A DNA stretch of 64,000 nucleotides from Candidatus Colwellbacteria bacterium (GTDB lineage Bacteria; Patescibacteriota; Minisyncoccia; UBA6257; Colwellbacteraceae): the NCBI GenBank assembly GCA_016176525.1, contig JACOWZ010000003.1:256001-320000 (forward strand). Reading direction: 5' to 3'. The position numbers were made by a program, and so were the translations under genes. Shown here one piece after another: positions 8,095 through 16,346 of the stretch; position 1 is the stretch's first letter; each line of letters starts with the position of its first letter. Under the pieces are notes generated by a model. It had not been told where the DNA came from. It searched no databases and saw only the letters and a list, made by a program, of their open reading frames with translations.

Positions 8095-9669
8095 ATGGCT
8101 AAGAAAACCGTTGTAATGGTTATATTGGACGGTTGGGGCATAGGCAAGCATGATGCCTCAAACCCAATATACGAGTTAAATCCCAAGAATATTGATTTTA
8201 TAAAACACAATTATTCTATTGGTTCTTTGCAGGCTTCTGGTATTGCAGTCGGCTTACCGTGGGAAGAAGAAGGCAACTCGGAGGTTGGACACCTTACACT
8301 TGGTTCCGGCCGCGTTATATACCAGCACTACCCAAGAATAAGCATATCTCTGCGCGACGAAAGCTTTTATTCTAATAAAGTTTTACTAGGGGCTTTTAAC
8401 CATGCAAGGGAGCATGGCGGCGCAGTTAACTTGATAGGCATTTTAACCGGTGGCAATGTGCACGCGGCACTCGAACACTTAGAAGGCCTTTTAAAACTAG
8501 CGGAGCGGCAAAAGGCAGGTGCAGTAAATTTGCATTTATTTACAGACGGCAAAGACTCGCCGCCAAAATCCGTTTTGAGGCTGTTGCAAAAACTAGATAT
8601 TGAGTCATATAAGGCAAGGGGACTGAATGTTAGGATTGCGAGCATTGCAGGCAGGTACTACGGGATGGACCGCGACTTACATTGGAAAAGAACAGAGAGA
8701 GCATACGCGGCCATTACCGGCGCGTCATCAACGAATAACGAATCCAATACGAATATACGAATGGGTGCAGCCGAATATATTGAGTTGCAATATGCGCAGG
8801 GCTTAACAGATGAGTTTATCGAACCCAAAATTATAGACCCATCAGGCGCGCTAAAGAGCGGAGATGCAACGATATTTTTTAACTTTAGAGAAGATAGCAT
8901 CAGGCAGCTCACGGAGATGTTTATAGAAAACATCAATTCAGGCAATTTAAAAGACCTGAATGTCGCAACTTTTACAGAATACAACAAAAAATTTCCGTTT
9001 CCGGTTGCATTTCCGCCTGAGGATGTTGTAAATTCGCTCGGCAAGGTCTTGTCGGATGAGGGTTTTACGCAATTAAGAATCGCCGAGACTAATAAGTACG
9101 CACACGTTACTTATTTTTTTAACGGTTATTTAGAAAAGCCTTTTAAAAACGAATACAGGGTTTTAGTGCCGTCTAAAAATGTTCCGCGTTACGATGAAGT
9201 GCCGGAGATGAGCGCGCGCGATATTACTGCTCGCGCCTTAGAAGCAATAAAAGAAAGAGCCTACGATTTTATCCTTATAAACTATGCAAACGCAGACATA
9301 GTGGCTCACACCGGAAATTTTGACGCAACCGTAAAGGCGGTTTCGGTTGTAGACGAGCAAATTGGTATTTTAATGAAAGAGGTTTTGCGCACAAAGGCAG
9401 TGATGCTGATTACCTCCGACCACGGTAATGCCGAAAAAGTGTTGGACCTTGCAACCGGTTTACCGGAGACCCAGCACGACCCTTCGCCTGTGCCGGTATA
9501 TGTTATAGGCGAGGAGTATAAAAAACCGAAAGGTGAGGCCGAAATAAGCGAGTCAGAAAAATTAAGCACAGGGCTTATATCGGATGTCGCCCCTACAGTG
9601 CTAGACATTATGGGCGTTCAACAACCGCCCGAGATGACCGGCGTTAGTCTGCTACAATCATTAATATGA
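8095..9669 (+). CDS. gpmI: 2,3-bisphosphoglycerate-independent phosphoglycerate mutase
   Basis: ILDGWG, GNSEVGH, GRYYGMDRD, AETNKYAHVTYFFNG, DIVAHTG, TSDHGNAE. Confidence 0.96.
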   Translation: MAKKTVVMVILDGWGIGKHDASNPIYELNPKNIDFIKHNYSIGSLQASGIAVGLPWEEEGNSEVGHLTLGSGRVIYQHYPRISISLRDESFYSNKVLLGAFNHAREHGGAVNLIGILTGGNVHAALEHLEGLLKLAERQKAGAVNLHLFTDGKDSPPKSVLRLLQKLDIESYKARGLNVRIASIAGRYYGMDRDLHWKRTERAYAAITGASSTNNESNTNIRMGAAEYIELQYAQGLTDEFIEPKIIDPSGALKSGDATIFFNFREDSIRQLTEMFIENINSGNLKDLNVATFTEYNKKFPFPVAFPPEDVVNSLGKVLSDEGFTQLRIAETNKYAHVTYFFNGYLEKPFKNEYRVLVPSKNVPRYDEVPEMSARDITARALEAIKERAYDFILINYANADIVAHTGNFDATVKAVSVVDEQIGILMKEVLRTKAVMLITSDHGNAEKVLDLATGLPETQHDPSPVPVYVIGEEYKKPKGEAEISESEKLSTGLISDVAPTVLDIMGVQQPPEMTGVSLLQSLI

Positions 9670-9675
9670 TTGTAT

Positions 9676-9764
9676 AATTTCCAATTTTCCAATTTTCATT
9701 GAATTTAAAAATTTAAATGTTTAAAACATTGAAAATTCATTGCAAAATTTTAAATTGTAAAATT
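9676..9764. repeat. AT-rich imperfect palindrome with 7-8 nt periodic arms
   Basis: AATTTCCAATTTTCCAATTTTCATTGAAT ... ATTCATTGCAAAATTTTAAATTGTAAAATT. Confidence 0.6.
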
Positions 9765-9769
9765 TTTCT

Positions 9770-10114
9770 ATGTGGCGCTACATAATAATTCCAATTTCTG
9801 TAAACGTTTTTGGCATTTGGGCGGCGGGGAAATATGTTGAGGGTTTTATGGTTCCAGAGAGTATATGGGCACTTATCGTAGCAGGGGTGGTCTTATCTCT
9901 CATTAATCTGGCGGTTCGGCCGTTTTTAAGGCTCATTTTTAGCCCGCTGATACTTCTAACAATGGGTTTGGCGCTTATTGCAGTAAATATGCTTGTTTTA
10001 TATCTCCTTGACTACCTCTTAACTTCCATTACAATAGACGGGCTACTTCCACTACTCTTAGGTACGTTAATTATCTCGGCGGTGAATGTAGTTTTAAGAT
10101 TTATATTGTTATAA
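9770..10114 (+). CDS. Four-TM membrane protein (YvlD / 'phage holin family'-like)
   Basis: LINLAVRPFLRLIFSPLILLTMGL..VN pattern; wholly hydrophobic. Confidence 0.8.
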   Translation: MWRYIIIPISVNVFGIWAAGKYVEGFMVPESIWALIVAGVVLSLINLAVRPFLRLIFSPLILLTMGLALIAVNMLVLYLLDYLLTSITIDGLLPLLLGTLIISAVNVVLRFILL

Positions 10115-10122
10115 TTACTTTT

Positions 10123-10332
10123 ATGTTAACTTTTGCAATAATTGTAGTTGCCGTAATCATAGTAATTCTAGTTGCGGTGCAAAACCGCTCTGCTGGTATT
10201 GGCGTTTTCGGCGGTGCAGGCGGGGACTCTGTATATCAAACACGCCGCGGCCTTGAGAAGTTTTTGTTTATACTAACAGTTGTGTCCATAGCTGTTTTTG
10301 CACTTTTGGGCATTGCAAATTTGATCTTGTAA
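10123..10332 (+). CDS. secG: Preprotein translocase subunit SecG
   Basis: TM-VQNRSAGIGVFGG-YQTRRGLEKFL-TM. Confidence 0.9.
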   Translation: MLTFAIIVVAVIIVILVAVQNRSAGIGVFGGAGGDSVYQTRRGLEKFLFILTVVSIAVFALLGIANLIL

Positions 10333-10335
10333 TAA

Positions 10336-11907
10336 ATGTTTCTCAAAAAACTTTTTAATTCCTTTTCAAGGTTAGAAAAGATTATTTTAATAGGCGCTAT
10401 TGCCGTTTTTGTTTTGTCTGGCTCGGTTAAGGCTGCTATATATGTCGTCTCTGAGGGTGAGCTTTTGCCGGAGCGCGGTGGCAGATTTGTAGAGGGTGTA
10501 GTTGGCCAGCCGGTTTTTATAAACCCGATTATTCCCACAAGCCGCGTGGATAGGGATATTGCAGAACTTGTGTTCTCGAGTGCCAAAGATTTGGCAGACA
10601 GCATAAAAATGGAAGAAGATGGCAAGGTTTGGACCCTGCGCCTTAAAGAAGGTGTGCTCTGGCACGACGGAGCGCGCGTAACATCCGACGACATACTCTT
10701 TAGCTTAGAAGTTTTACAGGATGTGGAGGCGCGTTCTCCATATTTTGCATCTTTCCAGGGCGTTGCAGCCGAGCGTATAAGTGAGTTGGAAATTAAGTTT
10801 GCACTGCAATCTCCTTATGTTTTTTTCGGCGAAGAAAATCTAAAACTTCTTGGTGTTATCCCAAAACACATTTTTGGAGACATTCCGGTGCAGAATTATA
10901 AGCTTTCTGCGCTTGGGTTGCGGCCTGTTGGCTCCGGCCCGTACAAAGTTGCGGGTTTGCAGCAGGATTCGCGCGGCGTGATAAGCCAAATGGAACTTGT
11001 GGCCCATGACAAGGGTGTGGAAGCCCCAAACATAACGAATTTTGTTTTTAAGTTTTTTAAATCCGACGAAGAATTGGTGCAGAACTACAACCGAGGCGCA
11101 ATTGATGGGTTTGGGCTGAGCATTGCACACGGTCAAGATTTGTCAGAAGGCGGGGATATAAAAATACGCCGCGTGGTAGAGCCAATTAGGTCTCTGCGCC
11201 ACTATGCGATTTTTATAAACAATTCTTTAGAAATTGATGCGCTTGAAGACGGCGATGTGCGGCGGGCGCTCTCCAGTACAGTAGATAGAGATCGCATTAT
11301 AAAAGAAGTTTTTGGGGGCGAGGCTGCGCCTATCTATGGGCCTACTACATTTGTGGCGTCCGATACCGAAGAGGTGGATTTGTCGGTTTTAGAAGGTTTG
11401 GAGTTTAACATTACCGTGCCTGACGAAGATTTTCTTGTAAAGACCGTAGAAATTATAGAAGAAAATTGGGAGGCCTATGGAGCACAGGTGAATCTATTAG
11501 TTTTGCCCCTAAAAGATATTCAAGAGGTAACATTAAAAACCACAAATTACGAGATGCTTGTTTTTGGCAATGCCGTTGGCGAGAGTTACGATTTGTTCGC
11601 TTTTTGGCATTCGCTAAAACGGTTTTATCCGGATCAAAATCTTTCGCAATATCAGAGTAAGAAAATAGATGAATTACTTGAGCTATATCGCAGCGAGCCG
11701 GACAAGGAAGCGCGTCATGAAATGCTCTCTGAAATTGGCGACCAGATTGCCGCGGATTACCCCGCTATTTTCTTGTATGTGCCAAACTATATGTATGTGC
11801 ACGCGCCGCGCTTAAAGGGCTTTGACTCTAACTTTACAATCAATTCGCCGCCGGACAGATTTGGCGCTGTTGGAGAGTGGTATGTAAAAACACGCCGGGA
11901 GTTTTAG
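10336..11907 (+). CDS. ABC-type peptide substrate-binding protein (family 5), membrane anchored
   Basis: EGVVGQPVFINP, LKEGVLWHDGARVTSDD, PVGSGPY, DYPAIFLY. Confidence 0.85.
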   Translation: MFLKKLFNSFSRLEKIILIGAIAVFVLSGSVKAAIYVVSEGELLPERGGRFVEGVVGQPVFINPIIPTSRVDRDIAELVFSSAKDLADSIKMEEDGKVWTLRLKEGVLWHDGARVTSDDILFSLEVLQDVEARSPYFASFQGVAAERISELEIKFALQSPYVFFGEENLKLLGVIPKHIFGDIPVQNYKLSALGLRPVGSGPYKVAGLQQDSRGVISQMELVAHDKGVEAPNITNFVFKFFKSDEELVQNYNRGAIDGFGLSIAHGQDLSEGGDIKIRRVVEPIRSLRHYAIFINNSLEIDALEDGDVRRALSSTVDRDRIIKEVFGGEAAPIYGPTTFVASDTEEVDLSVLEGLEFNITVPDEDFLVKTVEIIEENWEAYGAQVNLLVLPLKDIQEVTLKTTNYEMLVFGNAVGESYDLFAFWHSLKRFYPDQNLSQYQSKKIDELLELYRSEPDKEARHEMLSEIGDQIAADYPAIFLYVPNYMYVHAPRLKGFDSNFTINSPPDRFGAVGEWYVKTRREF

Positions 11908-11911
11908 TAGA

Positions 11912-11940
11912 TTGACAATTATTAAGCCTTAATATAAGAT
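11912..11940 (+). promoter_or_regulatory. sigma70-like promoter for tRNA-Leu/rnj
   Basis: TTGACA-N17-TAAGAT. Confidence 0.55.
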
Positions 11941-11996
11941 TAGTTCAATTAAGAAGCCTCTTTATTATGCAGATTTGCCTCCTATCCGTGATTGAT

Positions 11997-12078
11997 GCCG
12001 CGGTGGCGGAATTGGCAGACGCACTGGCTTCAGGAGTCAGCGACGAAAGTCATGGGAGTTCAAATCTCCCCCGCGGCA
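11997..12078 (+). tRNA. tRNA-Leu(CAG), CCA not encoded
   Basis: GCCGCGG/CCGCGGC acceptor stem, D-arm GGCGGAATTGGCAGACGC, anticodon arm CTGGC-TTCAGGA-GTCAG, long variable arm, GGGAGTTCAAATCTCCC. Confidence 0.95.
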
Positions 12079-12088
12079 CAAACAAGTT

Positions 12089-13765
12089 ATGAAATCTAAA
12101 CACGAAGATACAGTTCGCCTAATCCCCCTTGGGGGCCTAGAAGAGGTTGGCCGGAATATGGCCTATATTGAGTATAAAGACGAAATTGTAATTATAGATA
12201 TGGGCATACAGTTCCCCGAAGAAGCAACTCCGGGCGTGGATTTTATTATCCCAAACATAGAGTCTCTAATCCCAAAACGCGAAAACATCCGCGCAGTTGT
12301 TTTAACCCACGGTCACTTTGACCACGTTGGAGCAATACCCTACCTTATGGGCAAGCTTGGCAACCCGCGCATTTACACCACAAAGCTTACAAAGGCCCTT
12401 ATCGAGAAGCGCCAAGAAGACTTTGTTAATGCTCCCAAACTAAAAATAGAAGTAATAAATGTTTGGGACAAAGTTAAAGTCGGCGACCATATAGAGTTGG
12501 AGTTTTTTGGCGTTTACCACACAGTGCCGGACACCGTAGGTGTGGTAGTAAAAACTCCGGCGGCAAACATTGCACACTATGCGGATTTTAGAATTGAATA
12601 CGACGCAAAAGGCAATGCGCAAGATTTAGATGTATTTGAGCGCGTATCAAAGTTAGACATTCACACATTTATGGTGGATTCCACAAACGCAGAAGAGGAG
12701 GGGCGCACTGTTTCGGAAAAAATAGTGGAGCAAAATTTAGAGGAGCTGTTTAAAGCCGCCAAAGGCAGGGTAATACTCTCAACTTTCTCTACTATGCTGA
12801 CTCGCATTGCAGAGATTATAAAAATATGCGAGCGATTGGGCCGCAAAGTGATAATAAATGGCCGGTCTATGAAAGAAGCAATCCAAATTGCGCGCAATCT
12901 TGGCTATATGAAGGTTAAAAAAGAAACAATTGTAGGCGTTGAGGATATGAAAAAGCTTAAAGATAACCAGATTATGATTATTACTACCGGCGCCCAAGGC
13001 CAAGAAAATGCAGGACTCTCGCGCATAGTAAACGGGGAGCACAAGCACATTACAATTAAACCCGGCGACACAATGATATTTTCTTCTTCTGTAATACCTG
13101 GCAACGAGCGTAGCGTGCAAAACCTTAAAGATAATCTTACTCGGCAAGGGGCAATAGTGCACACATCTAAAGTTATAGACATTCACTCCAGCGGCCATGC
13201 GCCGGCAGACGACCTTACAATGACAATAAAGCTAACTAAGCCTAAGTTTGTTGTGCCCGTGCACGGGTATTACTTTATGCGTTCTGCAAACGGGCAGAAT
13301 GCAGTTAAGGCCGGCGTGCCTGCAGAAAACATTCGCCTTATGGACAACGGCCAGGTTGCAATTTTGAGTAAAGACAAGTTTGAAATAACCAAAGAGACTG
13401 TGCCGGCGAACTACGTTATGGTAGACGGGCTTGGCGTGGGTGATGTGGGCGAGATTGTGCTCCGCGACAGGCGAATTTTAGCCCAAGAAGGCATGGTGGT
13501 TGTTATTACCACGATTGACCGCCGAACAGGCAAGCTATTAAAGAACCCGGATATTATCTCTCGCGGGTTTATATACCTTAAAGAAAACCAAGACTTGCTA
13601 AACGAGGTGCGTAAGAAAATTCGCACTCTTGTAGGCAAGATTCCGCGCAAACAATCGCCGGATATTGACTACCTAAAAAATATCTTCCGCGACCAGATTG
13701 GGCAGTTTTTGTACAACAAAACCTTTCGTCGCCCGATGGTTTTGCCAGTAATAATAGAGATCTAG
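12089..13765 (+). CDS. rnj: Ribonuclease J
   Basis: IPLGGLEEVGRNM, THGHFDHVG, DSTNA, HSSGHA, RRPMVLPVIIEI. Confidence 0.96.
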   Translation: MKSKHEDTVRLIPLGGLEEVGRNMAYIEYKDEIVIIDMGIQFPEEATPGVDFIIPNIESLIPKRENIRAVVLTHGHFDHVGAIPYLMGKLGNPRIYTTKLTKALIEKRQEDFVNAPKLKIEVINVWDKVKVGDHIELEFFGVYHTVPDTVGVVVKTPAANIAHYADFRIEYDAKGNAQDLDVFERVSKLDIHTFMVDSTNAEEEGRTVSEKIVEQNLEELFKAAKGRVILSTFSTMLTRIAEIIKICERLGRKVIINGRSMKEAIQIARNLGYMKVKKETIVGVEDMKKLKDNQIMIITTGAQGQENAGLSRIVNGEHKHITIKPGDTMIFSSSVIPGNERSVQNLKDNLTRQGAIVHTSKVIDIHSSGHAPADDLTMTIKLTKPKFVVPVHGYYFMRSANGQNAVKAGVPAENIRLMDNGQVAILSKDKFEITKETVPANYVMVDGLGVGDVGEIVLRDRRILAQEGMVVVITTIDRRTGKLLKNPDIISRGFIYLKENQDLLNEVRKKIRTLVGKIPRKQSPDIDYLKNIFRDQIGQFLYNKTFRRPMVLPVIIEI

Positions 13766-14742
13766 ACAAGCCCTACTTTTGCGCGAACTTCTTCCATTGT
13801 CTGTGTCGCTATTTTTTGCGCTTTTTTTGCCCCTGCTTGCAACGCGCGCAATATCTCACTTTTTTTCTTTAAGAGTGCCCTGCGCTCTTTTTGTAAAGGA
13901 GCAAGCGCGTTTATTATTACTTCCGCTAGCTCGCGCTTAAAGTCCGCGTATCCGATATCGGCATATTTTTTAACCACTTCTTGTGGCGTTAACCCTGTAA
14001 ATTCGCTGTATATCAAAACCAAATTTGATATCCCCGGTCTTTTTTCGGGGTCATAACCAATACCAGAGAAAGAATCTGTCGTGGCAGACATTACCTTTTT
14101 GCGCATCTCGTCTGCCGAATCGTGCAAAAATAGGCACCCGGAGGGGATAGATTTAGACATTTTCTTCTCTGGGTTATCCAAACTCATAATCCGCTCTGCC
14201 TTAGCTGTTATTGTGCGAGGCTCTTTAAAAGTTTTGCCAAAAGCGCTGTTGAACTTGCGCACAATTTCGCGGGCAAGCTCTATGTGCTGCCTTTGGTCAT
14301 CGCCAACCGGCACTGCCTCTGCTTTGTAGAGTAAAATGTCTGCTGCCATAAGCACAGGGTATGTAAAAAGGCCTACATTCGGCGTCTTGCCTTCCGCAAC
14401 CTTCTCTTTATACGCTGTCATTCTCTGCAAATCCCCCATAGATGTTATTGTGCCTAAAATCCAAGCAAGGTTTGTATGCTCGGGTACGTGCGATTGCACA
14501 AAGAGTATGGATTTCTTTGGGTCAATACCGGCTGCGAGCATATCTATTGCTAAATCCAGGGTTTGCGCTGCGCGTTCTTTTGCGGGTAAGAGCCCAGTCA
14601 TCGCGTGGTAGTCTACTATTGAATAAATACACGTGTAATGCCCTGAGTTTTGCAGCTCCACAGCTTGGCGCAGCATGCCCAAGTAATTCCCAATATGCAA
14701 TTCCCCAGATGGCTGTATACCGCTTACAATTACAGGTTTCAT
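13762..14742 (-). CDS. trpS: Tryptophanyl-tRNA synthetase
   Basis: SGIQPSGELHIGNY, YPVLMAADIL, VPVGDDQRQH, KMSKS. Confidence 0.98.
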   Translation of the reverse strand: MKPVIVSGIQPSGELHIGNYLGMLRQAVELQNSGHYTCIYSIVDYHAMTGLLPAKERAAQTLDLAIDMLAAGIDPKKSILFVQSHVPEHTNLAWILGTITSMGDLQRMTAYKEKVAEGKTPNVGLFTYPVLMAADILLYKAEAVPVGDDQRQHIELAREIVRKFNSAFGKTFKEPRTITAKAERIMSLDNPEKKMSKSIPSGCLFLHDSADEMRKKVMSATTDSFSGIGYDPEKRPGISNLVLIYSEFTGLTPQEVVKKYADIGYADFKRELAEVIINALAPLQKERRALLKKKSEILRALQAGAKKAQKIATQTMEEVRAKVGLV

Positions 14743-14783
14743 AATTTTAATTTCTAATTTCTAAGTTTTAATTTCTAATCAAG
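14743..14783. repeat. Heptamer-repeat arm downstream of the four-helix-bundle gene
   Basis: AATTTTAATTTCTAATTTCTAAGTTTTAATTTCTAATCAAG. Confidence 0.75.
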
Positions 14784-15138
14784 TTTTATTGTTTAAAGTT
14801 CTAAGGGTTTTAGCAAAAATTAGTGTCAACTCTTGAGTTTCTTTCCATAGAGCACTAATTTTATCCTTATATTCAGGATAACACTTAGCCAACATTCTAA
14901 GCCAGTGTTTTGTTTCTTCGGATTCTTTCTTCGTAATATGAATTTTATTCTTAAAATCTTTTTTAGAACTCGCTCCATTAGCTTCCGAATAATTAGCGCC
15001 TATACTTGTTCCAGATCTTATTAATTGGTTAATAATTGGTTGAGAAATAGAATTAATTTTTATTTTTTGACATAGATCTATAATATTTTCTCCGAATCGT
15101 GCCGTCCGCTCTTGTAGATCAAACTTATCTTGGACCAT
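14779..15138 (-). CDS. Four-helix-bundle protein (23S rRNA IVS protein / TIGR02436-like family)
   Basis: DLQERT..F, QLIRSGTSIGANYSEAN, SKKDFKNK, KESEETKHWL. Confidence 0.9.
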   Translation of the reverse strand: MVQDKFDLQERTARFGENIIDLCQKIKINSISQPIINQLIRSGTSIGANYSEANGASSKKDFKNKIHITKKESEETKHWLRMLAKCYPEYKDKISALWKETQELTLIFAKTLRTLNNKT

Positions 15139-15180
15139 GTTATAAACGCATTATACCTAATTAAGCCTTATAACTTAATT

Positions 15181-15215
15181 CTTGGATAGAAATTAGAACT
15201 TAGGCCTTAAAACTT
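15181..15215. repeat. Inverted heptamer-repeat arm upstream of the four-helix-bundle gene
   Basis: CTTGGATAGAAATTAGAACTTAG is the reverse complement of 14761-14783 at 20 of 23 positions. Confidence 0.75.
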
Positions 15216-15261
15216 CCGGATTTGCCTTAACGTGGCAATTTTGGTATTCTAAGCGGCAAAC

Positions 15262-15987
15262 GTGTTTTGCCACATGGCAACCGCATTTATCTTTATGAAT
15301 TCCACTTCTCAAAAAGCTCACGATATAGCGTTTGCCACATTCCGTGTGGCGGCTCTTGTTGGTCACAGAAAACTTCGCGAAGAACTCCAGAATTCAGCAG
15401 TGGAGCTTGCGGTAAACTACGAGGCAGTTGCAAACCCGGCGCTTGCAAAAAGTGCTACCGTAATCAGCATTTTGGAGCGCCTTATAACTTTGGGCGAATC
15501 AATAAAAGAGATCGGTCCAATAAGTGCAAGGGTTCTAAAAAGGGAACTCGGCAATCTTCAAACGGCAATTAAAGAGGCAAATGCGGCAATTCAAGTGGCA
15601 ACAAGTGGCAAAAAAGAACCTCAAGAGGCAAATTTGGACGACATTTTTGGCTCAAGTGGCAATCTAAACGGCAATCCGCCAGCTGGCGGAGAAGCTAAAA
15701 AATCTGAAGAAACTAAAGAAGCTAATACAGCTAGTCTAGAAGCAACCAAAGAAGCTCTAAGTAGTGTTTCGGAACGGCAAATGGCAATTTTGGAATCCAT
15801 TCGGCAAAACGAATTTTGCCGTTTGCGCAACATTGTAGATGATGTAGACGGCGTAAGCCCCCGCACTATAAGAAACGACATACAAGACCTTATAAATATG
15901 GGCCTCGTAAGGCGCGTAGGCAATGGCGGCCCAGCTAGCTACTTCCAGTTAACGGGCATAAAAACCTCATCTACTGCCCAACTGTAA
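15262..15987 (+). CDS. Hypothetical protein with C-terminal DeoR-like winged HTH (start may be 15274 or 15295)
   Basis: SERQMAILESI..VSPRTIRNDIQDLINMGLVRRVG. Confidence 0.75.
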   Translation: MFCHMATAFIFMNSTSQKAHDIAFATFRVAALVGHRKLREELQNSAVELAVNYEAVANPALAKSATVISILERLITLGESIKEIGPISARVLKRELGNLQTAIKEANAAIQVATSGKKEPQEANLDDIFGSSGNLNGNPPAGGEAKKSEETKEANTASLEATKEALSSVSERQMAILESIRQNEFCRLRNIVDDVDGVSPRTIRNDIQDLINMGLVRRVGNGGPASYFQLTGIKTSSTAQL

Positions 15988-16029
15988 CTATACGGTCGCA
16001 CCCCTCGTTTTATTAACAGTATCGGGATT

Positions 16030-16346
16030 GTGTTAAAATTACAGAAAGGATAGAATATCTGCTATTGGTTCCGAAGTGAGGCGGAGCCAGTTACGCAGTT
16101 ATGTGGTTGCAAGTTATGTTGTTATCCAATCGCCTCACTACGAGGTTTTTTGTTTTGTTATTAGAACCTTCCCATAGGCATCAGCTTGCCGCCTTAGACT
16201 AAACCTCCGCCCAACCTCACGAGGGCGAGAGAAAATCGCCCCAGGAGGGGCGGAATAAGGGCTTAAGGCAGTTGGTCGATGGTGTTAACCTTGTGGAGGC
16301 GTTACCCAAATTACAAATAAGAAATAAATTAATTACAAATTACAAA
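16030..16346 (+). promoter_or_regulatory. Extended -10 plus about 300-nt structured 5' leader of the S-layer-like gene
   Basis: TGTTAAAAT near 16031; AGTGAGGCG/CGCCTCACT stem followed by a T-tract; TCCGCCC/GGGCGGA and GGCGA/TCGCC stems. Confidence 0.5.

Noticed and set aside
9770-10114. Prophage implied by the holin-family protein
   Set aside because: This family is commonly chromosomal; no endolysin, capsid, terminase or integrase genes, and tRNA-Leu has no adjacent integrase
14779-15138. Diversity-generating retroelement (Avd-like) or rRNA intervening sequence
   Set aside because: No reverse transcriptase, no TR/VR pair noticed and no rRNA gene in the window
16272-16346. N-terminal extension of the S-layer-like ORF
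   Set aside because: The signal peptide begins at ATG 16347; the upstream part is leader sequence
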